This document shows, one piece after another, positions 41,001-52,267 of a stretch of 64,000 bases of DNA. The notes beneath the pieces were generated by a model, which ran no database searches, was not told the DNA's origin, and saw only the letters and a program-made list of their open reading frames with translations. The position numbers were made by a program, and so were the translations under genes. This DNA comes from Oculina patagonica. Its lineage: Eukaryota. How positions within the stretch are numbered: position 1 is the first letter of the stretch; each line of letters opens with the position of its first letter. The stretch covers positions 21,638,001-21,702,000 of the forward strand of contig NC_135761.1 of NCBI RefSeq assembly GCF_052425735.1. The letters are read 5' to 3'.

Positions 41001-43594
41001 TCCTCCAATCCTGGAGCCTTCTCGTCAGTCGGCGAAGGAATATAATTATTTCTGAGAACACAGTTTTTATAACTGTGGTAATAGTTTTCTAGGTCCTCGT
41101 AATGTCCAGGGTTTTCAAGCTGCCTCCTAAAAAAATAAAAGGTTTCAAATTATAATAATAAATGTAACCAAAAGATTGATGAGCATTAGCAACTTTAAAC
41201 ATCAATTTTTTACTGATGCTGCACATTTCTTAGATCTATGAATTTGTAGTTTAATCTGAATAAATAAAAATTTTAGCTAACCAGAATAAACAAACCTCTT
41301 TCTTTAATTGACGGGCCTTTTGCCATTTGCTCCTGCTACCTACACCCTAGATGACAAAATTCCACTCACTACAAACTTGTACCCTTTACACTCCTGCCCC
41401 ACAGCCACTTTTATCCCCTTTCCCAAGGTTCTCAACCATTAACTTGAAGTAAGAGCTGATGTGGCTTCCTCTCTTTATATAGTACTTAATTTAATATTTA
41501 AGGGTGACCTTACCTGACTTCCTCTTCAAGAAATGACATGTGTTCATGCAGAGATGTGTACTTTGCACAAAGAATCCCCACAGACTTCATTCTGGCACCT
41601 CTCTCTGCCACATTATCAACAGCTATTCTTTCATAACAACTTAGTCCATAGAGACCATCTCTGGTTTTGAAGTATCTAAAAGTAGTAAAAAAGATTAGGT
41701 CAAGTCTGCTTTCGAAACCGGGCTAACATCAGCACCATCAGTGAGCAAATCTCCCGGTGGCGCTGGAAGTTCATCGGCCAAATCCTCAGAATGGATCCAA
41801 GCAAACATCCCAAGACGGTATTAATATGGGCCCCAGAGGGAAGGCGAAGTCGTGACAGACCGAGGGAGACTTGGCGAAGAACTGCCGAAAGAGAAAGAGC
41901 GGCTTTGGGTTTCGGCTCATGGAACGAGGCAGCAGTGGCTGCCCGCGACCGTGCAGCATGGCGGAGGAGAATGGCCGGCCCTTTGCCCACTTAGGGCTTT
42001 GGTCATAAGTCAAGTCAGTAAGTCAAGTCTGCTTTCGAGCCAAGTGGCCTATCAGGCTGGAGCTTATCCTGGTTTCAGTAGCATGAAGCAGCTAAGAGTA
42101 TTTCTTCTCCCCCCTGGATGGGATGCTAGTCCACCCAGTGTCAAACAGTCATAACGTAAATTTATGAGCTAAACCAAAAGCGTTATAGATTTTGAAGATA
42201 CGAGAAAGGAGTAAAGAACAGTTTAAACTTACATGAAGTCTTTTGTGATAGTGTGTGAGCCACTGGCCAGGGCTTTGAATTCCACACCAGTCAAATCCAC
42301 AGATCTTGGGTGCTTCCATTCTATTTCATTTCCTTTAATTAAAAAACAACAACAACATTCAGTTCTATTGATCGGTCGATCAAGCACAACAGAAGTACAG
42401 ATTCAGCCAACCGCCTCATGACATTAAGTGATCCTCCTGGCTTAAAAAAAGTTGTTTGGATGAAATAGGGTCTTAGACAGGGGACTGGAACCTAACTCAA
42501 AAATCAAATGGTGGACTATTTGCTGAACACTATAATTGTTGAGAAAATGCAGAGAAATGATGTTTCACAAACCAAAGTATACCCAGAGATAGTTCTGAGA
42601 GAAAGTATCCTTTATAACTAAATTTTGCGTTGACTCAATTTAAGTTTTAATTGCTAAAAACTTTGAATATGCATTTCTTTATGATAAATTCTGTTGACAG
42701 CTAACCCGGGCAGCTAACCCGCAAGCTACTGAAAGATTGCCAACATATTACTAACTGTTGGCCGACAGTCGGCCAACATATATGTTTACATTCACAGGTG
42801 CAAATTCTGACAGTTGCCTGATTGTCGTCTGACTAGTGACCATTTGTCATCAGACTGTTGGCTGTTTTACATGTACGTGGGCCGGCTGTCTGCCGACAGC
42901 TGGCCAAAAGTAGACTGACAGGTTATTCTGGAAGCTGTTCACTTTTACTGGGAAATTTTATGGCTGGTCACACAAAAGCATCGTATGACTAATTAAGTGT
43001 ACAACAAATAAAACAGTCTGCCTTCTTAATAAAACAGGTCTTTATTTAACATAGGTCATATATTTGTATAAAAGTTTCAGGTCTGAAACTCAGATCACTG
43101 TGAGAATTCCACGAACTTTTCAGAAGGGTTTGATTAATTTATTTTAGCCAAAAAAGGGTTTTCCAAGTAATCTGAGGTTTGAACTTTTGAGCAAAAGGGA
43201 GAAAATATTTTGGTTAGATTAAGATAAGGGAATAACCGAAGCAGCTGAAGAATTGCCCATATTGAAGATAAAGACCCTTACAACCACTGTGAACTGAATC
43301 CACTGAAGACCATGTAGAATTAGGTACAACAGAGATTCATTAAAACTATCATATGCTACCTTGAAAAGTCTTACCTCTCCTAGTATCGAATTGCACGACA
43401 AAAACAGCGATTATGAGATCAGGAACAGCTCTTTCCTGTTCAGACGAGTTCCCTCTGGTGTCCTGAAGAAACGAAAAATTTTCACCAGACGTAATATGGT
43501 CATCTGTTAGTGGTAGGGATGGAAGACCTTGTCTTGGATCGTACGATGTATCAGGAATTTCTTCAAAATCGACAAGACATGAATCGTCCGCCAT
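35074..43594 (-). CDS. DENND11: DENN domain-containing protein 11 (LCHN/KIAA1147-like), 9 exons, 432 aa
   Basis: Exons 43594-43375, 42332-42233, 41675-41514, 41126-40985, 39509-39371, 38918-38793, 37944-37797, 35999-35943, 35278-35074; all GT-AG and in phase. Motifs [65 protein letters not shown]. Confidence 0.9.
36490..36835 (+). mobile_element. 3' fragment of a non-LTR retrotransposon (RTE-like C-terminus)
   Basis: Peptide [11 protein letters not shown]...[22 protein letters not shown]; TA-rich tail. Confidence 0.8.
39655..39880 (+). mobile_element. Degraded RTE-like LINE 3' fragment
   Basis: Remnant peptide RLRWIGHI...[10 protein letters not shown] with stops. Confidence 0.55.
41716..42021 (+). 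mobile_element. 5'-truncated RTE-like LINE with (AAGTC)n tail and 17-bp TSD
   Basis: Peptide [11 protein letters not shown]...[19 protein letters not shown]; TSD GTCAAGTCTGCTTTCGA at 41699-41715 and 42022-42038. Confidence 0.85.
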
Positions 43595-43896
43595 TCCTTC
43601 CCGATCATGACTAAAAGTTCCTTGGTAGGGTAGGGTGAGGAGCGATGACTCGCCACTTTGACTTACCGTCCGAGAGCCTGGGGCGAGGCAGGCTAATATT
43701 TCGCTTCTTCCTTCTATCTTTTCGTTCTTTATTTTTTTTAATCTTCTTTAAACCTTTTTATTCTAAATTCTATTGATCTGACGAATATTTCTTTTCTTTC
43801 TAACCAATAAGTGCATAGTTTGACTAATACCTTGACTTTTGATACTGTTAAAAACGTTGCTCTTTATTTGAGAAATTAATTTTGATGTTGTGGTCG
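43595..43896. promoter_or_regulatory. Short head-to-head interval between DENND11 and SCLY (candidate bidirectional promoter)
   Basis: The two start codons are ~300 bp apart on opposite strands. Confidence 0.6.
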
Positions 43897-46800
43897 ATGG
43901 ATCCAAAGTTTGAAGATGAAAACAAAGAAAATGAGTCTAAAATTTATTTAGACTACAATGCAACGACTCCACTAGAACCATCAGTACTGACAGCAATACA
44001 TGATGCTTTGCGCGATGCCTGGGGAAATCCCAGTAGTTCTTACACTGCGGGCAAGAAAGCAAGTCACGTGATTAAGCAAGCTCGCAGCTCAGTGGCTAAC
44101 ATGATTGGTGCTTTGGAAAGTGATATTATCTTCACATCAGGTGGTACCGAGGCAAACAACATGGTCATTCATTCAGCTTTGGAATATTTCCGTGAATTTC
44201 ACAAGGAAAGAGGAAGTTGTAATGTTGATGTAAAACCTCATGTGATCACATCAAATCTTGAACATGACTCTATTCAGCTTCCACTCCTAAACCTTGAAAA
44301 GCTAGGCAAGGTTGAGGTGACACTTGTTGCTGCCTCGCAGGACTCTGGCGCAGTAACAGCAGAAGCAATATTGCAGGAAGTTAGACCCAGTACATGCCTG
44401 GTCACCGTCATGATGGCCAACAATGAAACAGGGGTAATTCAGGTAACTGAAGGTTTTTCCCCTATTCCTCCAAGCCTCCCTACCCCACCCCACTTGTTTA
44501 AGCCACCTCCAGTAAGCTCTTTTTTATAACCTTTCCCAACCCTCTATTAGGTATTAGAAGGTTGTCGAATGGTTAATGTGTGACTTTGTGAGATGGCGAG
44601 CCTGATGTCTTTTCTGCGAGCGCAAGACCATTTTAGCCTCGCAAAAGAAATGAAGACTCCGAGAAGGCCTCAAATAAAAATTGGAGATGACAAGACTTCT
44701 GAAATTTGGCTAAACTTTTGGGAGACATATTTTTTGAAGGACCATTCACCACCCCTTATTGGCGCCAATACACAGAAAGGGTTTTGTTCCTGGGTTATGC
44801 CCCAGGGGCATGCTGCTGTAGCAAAGCTCCTCTGTGTGTACCAACGATGTCATGATATTATTTAGCCCCGAGAGCAAAATTCCACCCTGCAAAATGGGAA
44901 CATGATCCTAGGACAGATGGAATCCAATTTTATAAACCCTTCAGTTTATTGAACCTCCTGAGAACTCAAACCAAACATCATTTCACTTCTCCCAGTATAA
45001 TAACATTTCTCTAATTCCTCGCTTTCTTAATCCTGCTGGGTTTGAGAAATCTGATTTCCGGTGTATGTATATATCAATTGTAATCTGTTTTTCGTTTTTT
45101 AATCATCAGCCAATTGAAGACATTGCTAAAGCCATAAGAAGCCTAAACAAGAGTCGCTTATCTCAGAAAGTCCCCAGGATTCTTGTCCATACAGATGCAG
45201 CACAAGCTATTGGTAAAATCGAGGTTGACGTGGACGAGCTGGGAGTGGATTACCTCACGGTTGTTGGTCATAAGTTTTATGGACCCCGAATTGGTATGAT
45301 AACAGAGGGATACCTATGGAAAAATCTACATCTACATCCTGGGGGGTTGGAAAGGGAGGCATGCTCCCATCACTGCAAGACATTAAATAAAAAATAAAAT
45401 ACAGGGGGTGGGAGGGGGGGGGGGAGGGTTGTAAAACACCTTAAAAAATATATATAACAAAGTATGATAATATTAACTTGACAAGACGTCAGGCTTCAGT
45501 ATACATCGTTTTATTGCGACAAGTCTGTTTCGTATGGACCTAAATTAATAGGTCCACACTCATCAGGCAACTTCATTAAAGTTGCCTGATGAGTGTGGAC
45601 CTATTAATTTAGTTCCATACGAAACAGACTTGTCGCAATAAAACGATGTATACTGAAGCCTGAGTACCTCTTGTCAAGTTAATATTATTTATGCTCCTCG
45701 ATCAAATGAGTTGAGCGCTCTTCAAAATACATTCTTCTCACGAAAGAAATAATTTATAACAAAGTATGTATATAATTTAAAAAAGAAAATTAAAAAAAAT
45801 TAAAATACCTATGCATCAAGTTAATTTAGATTAAAAAATAATTAGAACCTAATTAAAATGTCATCAGTTGTATAAATGGGTGCTGGTCGTGCCATAATAC
45901 AGAAAATCCCCTCCTCAGACGGAGGAGACCGACTGGCCTACCTGTATATTAAGATCTCCAACAACCCTCCAAGTTAAGACCATTTTAGTCGCCATGGCGA
46001 CTAAATTGGAACCAAAGTCGCCAGCCTGGCGACTAAAATTGAGAAGAAGGATTGAAAGCATGAGCTTAATTTAGCGACTAAAATTTTTCACTGGCGAACA
46101 AACCTGAGCAGTCGGTGGCCAAATGGCCACTAAGGAAAAAAATAAACTTGCAGGGTTGTCCAAATAAGACAAATAAATACCCCATCTATTTCACTGGCAT
46201 AAGAGTGTATATCCTTATTAGAGTATACCTCTAGATCTCTCCCATCCACAATATTTTAACATCTATTCATTCAATAATCTTTTAACAGTATTTTTACTGA
46301 ATATTGTGCATAACAGGAGCCCTGTATGTAAGAAATCCAAGAGCAGATACTCCCCTTCACCCCATGTTTTTTGGAGGAGGTCAAGAGAGAAACTTCAGAC
46401 CAGGAACAGAAAACACTGGTATGATAGCTGGATTAGGACAGGCCTCCCAGTTAGTGGTGGACAACTTGGAACAATATCGTGAAAACATGAAAATGGTTAG
46501 TGACATTAGAGTCTTGGAATGGGCGGAGAAGGACTCCTGTACTTAAACAGATAATGATGCTTGTCATCTTGCTTATGGATGTAAATTTCAGATTTTGGTT
46601 TTCACTTATATAGAGTGGTGTTCAAAGCAAAACAAACAAATTTCTTTTAGCCATCATGCTCTTATCTAGGGTTGCACATGAAGAAATTGGTATACAACAA
46701 ACTTGCGCCATGCCCATATTAGCCTTCTGTAGGTGTTTAATTTAAAACACTAGGTGAGCATCCACAACTTTTTCTTATGGGAGTCCCCACCTCTGACCCA

Positions 46801-47556
46801 GGCAATAGAGAACTTTTTTTAAAGATTGAAATAACTTTTATTAACAATAATTTAGCATAATTTAGAGAAACTCAATTATCGATAATAAGCAGCTGATAAT
46901 TAATGTTAAGAACCCTAGCTGTAAATGCATGTGTGACCAAGGATGTGAATTTCAGGAAAGCAAGAAACTTAAAACCTTATGATTTTTTGCTCAATAAACA
47001 TGGCCATCCACTTAACCTAAAGGACCTTAGTTGCTGTTGAATTAGTCTGGAAAGAGACTATTATTGACTGCATGCATTTCAGTGGTTAAGACATTTTCTG
47101 ATGTGTCAGAAGTATGTAGTTTATTTAGTGGGATTTAATGATGAAAGATTTAAACAAGTGGAGATACCGGTATCTTACATTTTTCCTTTTTCATTTTAGG
47201 CGAGGGACCATCTGGAGTTCAAATTGAAGGAGACCTTTCAAGACAAAATACAATTCAATGGGAAATTTGAGAGCAGCGACCGAATACCCAATACTTGCAA
47301 TGTGTCCTTTATTGGCTCAGGATTAGAAGGACGCAAAATCCTGGCAACTGTCAAAAAGTTCCAAGCCAGTGTAGGAGCTGCATGCCACTCCGATATCATT
47401 TCACGCCCTTCGCCTATCTTAACTGCCATTGGCGTTCCTCGCGACATTGCGATGAATGCTCTGCGGCTTAGTGTGGGACGGTACATGTCCAAAGAAGACA
47501 TTGATCTGGTAGTGGAGGATCTTTGGGCTGCTGTTAATTCACTTAAACAGGAATAA
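43897..47556 (+). CDS. SCLY: Selenocysteine lyase (PLP-dependent class V), 4 exons, ~421 aa
   Basis: Exons 43897-44442 (alternative in-frame ATG at 43885), 45110-45293, 46317-46495, 47200-47556. Motifs [23 protein letters not shown] (Asp typical of SCLY rather than NFS1), [14 protein letters not shown] (PLP lysine), GAACHS (catalytic Cys). Confidence 0.92.
45513..45571 (-). ncRNA. Minimal type I hammerhead ribozyme (antisense twin)
   Basis: Reverse-complement arm with the same core; stem II is fully paired here (GTGTGGACCTA/TAGGTCCATAC). Confidence 0.8.
45581..45639 (+). ncRNA. Minimal type I hammerhead ribozyme
   Basis: GTTGC-CTGATGA-[GTGTGGACCTA..TAGTTCCATAC]-GAAA-CAGACTT-GTC^GCAAT. Stem I is GTTGC/GCAAT; stem II is long with one mismatch; stem III is short; cleavage predicted after C45634. 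Confidence 0.8.
45962..46158. mobile_element. MITE with 5-bp TSD in SCLY intron 2
   Basis: TCCAA|CAACCCTCCAAGTT...AACTTGCAGGGTTG|TCCAA. Confidence 0.75.
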
Positions 47557-47949
47557 ATGATCAGATGTTACTTAACAAGATGCTTAAAATTAAAACCAGT
47601 TTTTTATTATGAAAATGTATGTCATTCAGTATCCAAAACTTTTCAGAATACAAATGAAGTGCAGTATGCGAAGAAATTATCTTAATTCAATCAACGGTTC
47701 TAAATGAAGTTGCAAATGAAATAAATAAGAATAAAGAATAAATCCATTTGTGGCCTAACTTTTAAGAGGGTAGTTAGTGTTTTGGAAAAAAGACTTCATA
47801 TAAGCGGAAATGTGGTTCTTTCTTCTCTGTTTTGTTTTTTGTTTTACTTTCATGGTCTTAAAATTGTTGAGTGTCACTAATTTAATTGAAAATATATAGT
47901 GATCTTAACATTGTTTTCAGCATATATGAGTTACCGGAAGCCTCTCCAT

Positions 47950-48160
47950 CCCTTGTCTTTCCTATCCTATCCTTTTCTTTTCTTCCATTTATTTTATTTT
48001 TTATTTATTTTCTTTTTTTCCCTTTTTATTCTTTTCTGTTTCATTCTTTCCCTTTCCTTTTCTTTTTCCGTTTCTCCCTTTCTTTACATCACTCCTTTCC
48101 CTTTCCTTTCCTTGCTTTTCGATTCCTTTTCTTTGGTTTGCCTTCCTTTTTTTCACCTGA
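47950..48160. repeat. Pyrimidine-rich low-complexity tract
   Basis: T/C-rich; a similar tract at 57533-57660 shares CCTTGCTTTTCGATTCCTTT. Confidence 0.8.
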
Positions 48161-49344
48161 GTAGAATTCCAATCCTGAATTCCGAAAGCAAATGCGTCCT
48201 TGATTCAAACAAAACAAGATGAAATTCGCTTTCATTCATAGAGACCAAACTTACACATTTCTAGCCCGCGCGTGTGCGTGGCGTGATTTGACGTCACTTT
48301 CATGGTCTAAACTCTCATCGACCATAACTTTGGACCAATCAGCGCGCGAGAATTCTCTCGGTTATGGTATAAATGTCTTTAGGCTCTTGGGTTTTTGAAG
48401 TGAAGCTGGTGACAGTGTCCCTTTAACGTATGTGCAGTTAAGGCATTTGAAATTAACGCGACTTTAACTGGAATTTGAAGCAGGAATTCTGTATAATAAA
48501 CCAAAAAAACACCAGAAAGAAACTCTTAAACAGCCTTGAAAATTCCTTTCATCAAAGCGATGTTTCGCAGTTCAAAGTTATTATGTTTCACCGCTCGCCT
48601 ATTATTTTTATCTATCCAATATCATAACAATATGCTGTCCTGATAACGTTGCGAAGTCCGTGAGCTTTGACGGGACAGCAAGCGCAACAACCCTCTTCCG
48701 TAAGAGACGAATACTGACAATCAAAGACCCTTCTTTTAGTTACTGTAGAAGTTTCGTTTAGATTAGATTCTTTGTGGCGTCCAAGTTTTAAATAAGCGCC
48801 GCCCTCAAATAAGCGCCGCTATCGAATAAGCGCCGCACTTGAGGCGCGAAAAATTTAATGAGCGCCACGGCGCTTATTCGAGTAAATACGGTATATGTCC
48901 AAAAACATGAAAACGAGGCTACGCAGGCCAGGGTGTTTTCCATAAAATCTCTTAACATTTAATGAGTCACAAATCTGCAGCCGTCTAACCAAAAACACTG
49001 AAACTTCTTAGTTTAGCATTTTATTTCATATATTTTCAAATCAGCATTTTCAGAAACTTAACCAAACAAAAGAAATAAATGACAACCAATTTATAAGTAA
49101 ACGCTACACGAAATTAACGGCGCGAAAAAAAAAACGTTAACAAAAATTAAAGTGACTTAAGCAATTTCCTTTAATAAGGCAGTCTTAAATAGGTTCGAGT
49201 TCAGCGTCACTCAGGAACGCAAAGTTCAGTCATGATCAGCTGCTATGTAGTATCTACTTGAACGACCATAAACAGGGGTAACTGCCATCACTCGACATCT
49301 CGCATTCACTGCCATTTCACAAGTTTAGTGATTCCGTCCCTAAT

Positions 49345-50280
49345 CTAGGCATTTCCTCTGTAATACAACACGGGGTTTATACCAGAGCAAAGAGTGGCGA
49401 AAACATAGAACATGGGCCTCACAAATAGACTGAGTTTCATACCAAGAATCATCGATAAACCCATTGCAAACGCCAGGGGAATTATTAACAAAACAAGTAA
49501 ACAGACAACATGGCGAGTAGTCGCTGCTAGCTGGCGCTCGATTGCGTTATTAGCGGTAGCAGGATTTACCCGAGCGCTTTCCTCCATTACCTGTGCGACT
49601 GCATTGTTATGCTTACGAAGGGTCACAAGAGTTAATATCTGGACACCTACAACCAGACAAGAGAAGAAGATGATTAGACTCGTTTGAAAGATCTCGAGCG
49701 CTATGGGAGGAAGCACCTCCATTTTCCGTAATATCACCATTAAAACTGATGCCAGCCACACTCCGCTGCAAGCAAAAATAGCATGCTGCATCGTGACGGT
49801 CGCTTTGTACCACATTGGTTTAGCGACTGCTAAGTAGCGATCCACGCTTATCACTCCAAGATTACCCAGCGTAGAAAACAAACTTAAATTGAAAAAAACA
49901 GGCATAAAAGACGACTTCCAATCGCTAGGATTGGTACACGCCTTACCAGAAAGCAAGTCATTGACCCTGTTTCTGACAAACATGGGCGTCACCAGTCCTC
50001 CCCACACGACATCAGTCAGAGTCAAACTACACAGCAACAGAAACCCTGGCCTGATTCGAAGGCCACCCCTGAGAATGGCAATCAGGACTAACCCGTTTGA
50101 CAGGAAACACCACAGACCTAACAATGTGGTGACCGGTACGAGAAAAAAGTTGGAGTAATAAAGAAAGTGAAGCTGGGGAGTATGTGAGATTCCAGAGGAA
50201 AAACACGATCGCTTCGCTTGCTCCGTTGCCAGGTCTGGGAAAGCAATCTGCGTGTCATTTGTAGTCAAGTTCAGCTTCAT
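49345..50280 (-). CDS. Class A (rhodopsin-like) GPCR, copy 1, C-terminally truncated (311 aa)
   Basis: Seven hydrophobic segments; SN, LTLTD, ISVDRY, INPVLY. TAG at 49347-49345 replaces the CAG of the paralogs; the ancestral frame continues to TGA at 49308-49306. Acceptor ttttcacag lies just upstream of the ATG. Confidence 0.88.
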   Translation of the reverse strand: MKLNLTTNDTQIAFPDLATEQAKRSCFSSGISHTPQLHFLYYSNFFLVPVTTLLGLWCFLSNGLVLIAILRGGLRIRPGFLLLCSLTLTDVVWGGLVTPMFVRNRVNDLLSGKACTNPSDWKSSFMPVFFNLSLFSTLGNLGVISVDRYLAVAKPMWYKATVTMQHAIFACSGVWLASVLMVILRKMEVLPPIALEIFQTSLIIFFSCLVVGVQILTLVTLRKHNNAVAQVMEESARVNPATANNAIERQLAATTRHVVCLLVLLIIPLAFAMGLSMILGMKLSLFVRPMFYVFATLCSGINPVLYYRGNA

Positions 50281-51176
50281 GTTCACGCTGTGAAAAGAGT
50301 GAAAAAGTTTTGTTACACAAACACACTAGGGCTCAGGCTTAGAATTTGGAGTCACATCAATGCATTCCATATATTTCATTTCATGCTTTCTTCTAGTGAT
50401 AGATTAATACCACGTCCCTCCCTGCTACTAGATTGGATTTGTGTTTGGTCATCCCGAATTCAACTCCTCCACGCTGTGTAAATAGCTAGCTGGTCAGCCT
50501 TCTGCCAGTTGGGGCTTTAACAAGTTCGTGTTTGATTCTCATTGTTTATTTATTTGTTTATTTTTCACATTTCATTTTTGTTGCTATGCTTTTTCTGCTT
50601 TGGACTTGAGTCGCATCAATATAATCTGCTTAGCTTACATCCTTCCTCAGCAGAGAAGAAAGTTACGAGACTCGCTTATATCATGTCGCACAGATGAATA
50701 TAGGCTTTCTGTGCTCCAAGGCTTCTTAGGTCTTCTTATTGCGCATCTCAATTCTACACTGGTTCGTTTTTACGTTTTTGGACAACTTACCTTTTACATG
50801 GTTAATGGTTATGTGAGCACTAACGAGGGTTTCCAAAAACGTTTACTTCACTCCACTGCAAAATTCTTCAGTGATGCAGTCGAGCTGCAATACCTGATGA
50901 ACATGAAGATTTAGACTATTTGTTTGACCCATGTCTATCAATTTTATGGGAAATATTACGCTTAAATTTGCGTTGAGTTTTGAAAGAAGTTTCACATCAC
51001 GGATACTTTTACAAGACATGACCATGCCGCTATGTACCCAAAAGATTTAAGTCATTTAAATTTTTCAAGACAGTTTGAACGCGCAAATATTCTATATGCA
51101 CTCAACAAAAATCAATTCAACTTTCTTTCGCATTTTCAACATAAAACAGACTAAATTCAAAATGTCTAAACCTTAC

Positions 51177-51286
51177 CGGCTAAGCTGAAGTGTAATCACA
51201 TTGATGAGACGAAAAATCGGTTGACCATCTTTCACGATTAATCACACGAATGAACAGCCTCGGAGTCCTCGCTGGATATCTTTATA
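51177..51286 (-). promoter_or_regulatory. GPCR copy 1 TATA box and short 5' UTR exon
   Basis: TATAAA on the minus strand at 51286-51281; donor CCG|gtaagg at 51176; homologous sequence lies upstream of all three copies. Confidence 0.55.
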
Positions 51287-51419
51287 CGTAGGGCTCAGTT
51301 GCAGCTAAACGAATATTCTCAATTTCTCAAATAAAATCTGATTAAAGTTTGAGGATTGAAAGATTTGTCAATTTCGTGGCGGCATGGAGCAAATGTGTCA
51401 TGTTCATTTCAACGGTTTA

Positions 51420-52267
51420 TTCTAAAAGTAATTTTGCTTTTAATCTGGCCTTCTTACATAATCCTGAACAGAAGAAACTTTAAATAAAATTCCCCGCGAG
51501 TCTTTGGCAAAGAAAGTAGAAGATCTGGTGAAACATGAATTTCTGAATTAAACATTAAAAAGGCGCGCATGCACGACCAAAATTTGCTCAAAATATTTTG
51601 GAAGTTTACTAATATTTCAAGGAAACTCTTTGGGTTATATCCATGTAGCTAGGGGTATACCATCGATCGGTAAATTTAACGGATTGTTTTTGAAGACAAT
51701 GCAATATTCTAAAAGTAATATTTTGATTTTGATTTTAACGTGGCCTTTTTACATAATCTTGAACAGAAGAAACTTTTAATAAAATTCCCCACGAGTCTTT
51801 GGCAAGGAAATTAGAAGATCTGGTAAATCATGAATTTCTGAATTAAACATTAAAAAAGGCGCCCATGCACGATCGAAATTTGTTCAAAATATTTAGGAAG
51901 TTTACTAATATTTCAAAGAAACTCTTTGGGTTATATCCATGTAGCTAGAGGTATACCATCGATCGGTAAATTTAACGGATTGTTTTTGAAGACAATGCAA
52001 TATTCTAAAAGTAATATTTTGATTTTGATTTTAATGTGGCCTTTTTACATAATCTTGAACATACGAGACTTTAAATAAAATTCCCCACGAGTCTTTGGTT
52101 AGGAAATTAGAAGATCTAGTAAAACATGAATTTCTGAATTAAACATTGAAAAAGGCGCGCATGCACGACCAAAATTTGTTCAAAATATTTAGGATGTTCT
52201 ATATTTCAGGGAAACACTTTGGGTTATATCCATGTATCTAGAAGTGAACCATCGATCAGTAAATTTA
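51420..52267. repeat. ~290-bp tandem repeat, ~3 units
   Basis: Units begin ATTCTAAAAGTAAT at 51420, 51706 and 52002. Confidence 0.9.

Larger units (their letters stand above)
45467..45754. mobile_element. Penelope-like element remnant (inverted pLTR-type repeat plus tail) in SCLY intron 2
   Basis: Inverted arms 45467-45573 and 45579-45688 with a 5-nt spacer, plus a 66-nt tail; flanked by the 14-bp direct repeat TATAACAAAGTATG (45453-45466 and 45755-45768); contains hammerhead cores. Confidence 0.75.

Noticed and set aside
43897-47556. Cysteine desulfurase NFS1/IscS
   Set aside because: EHDS, GHKFYGP and GAACHS fit SCLY, and the SGSACTS motif and a mitochondrial leader are absent.
47886-48222. 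Phe/Leu/Ser-rich membrane-protein-like ORFs (also 57470-57713)
   Set aside because: Translations of pyrimidine-rich low-complexity DNA.
51420-52267. CRISPR-like array
   Set aside because: Long ~290-bp units without unique spacers, in a eukaryotic context with no cas genes.
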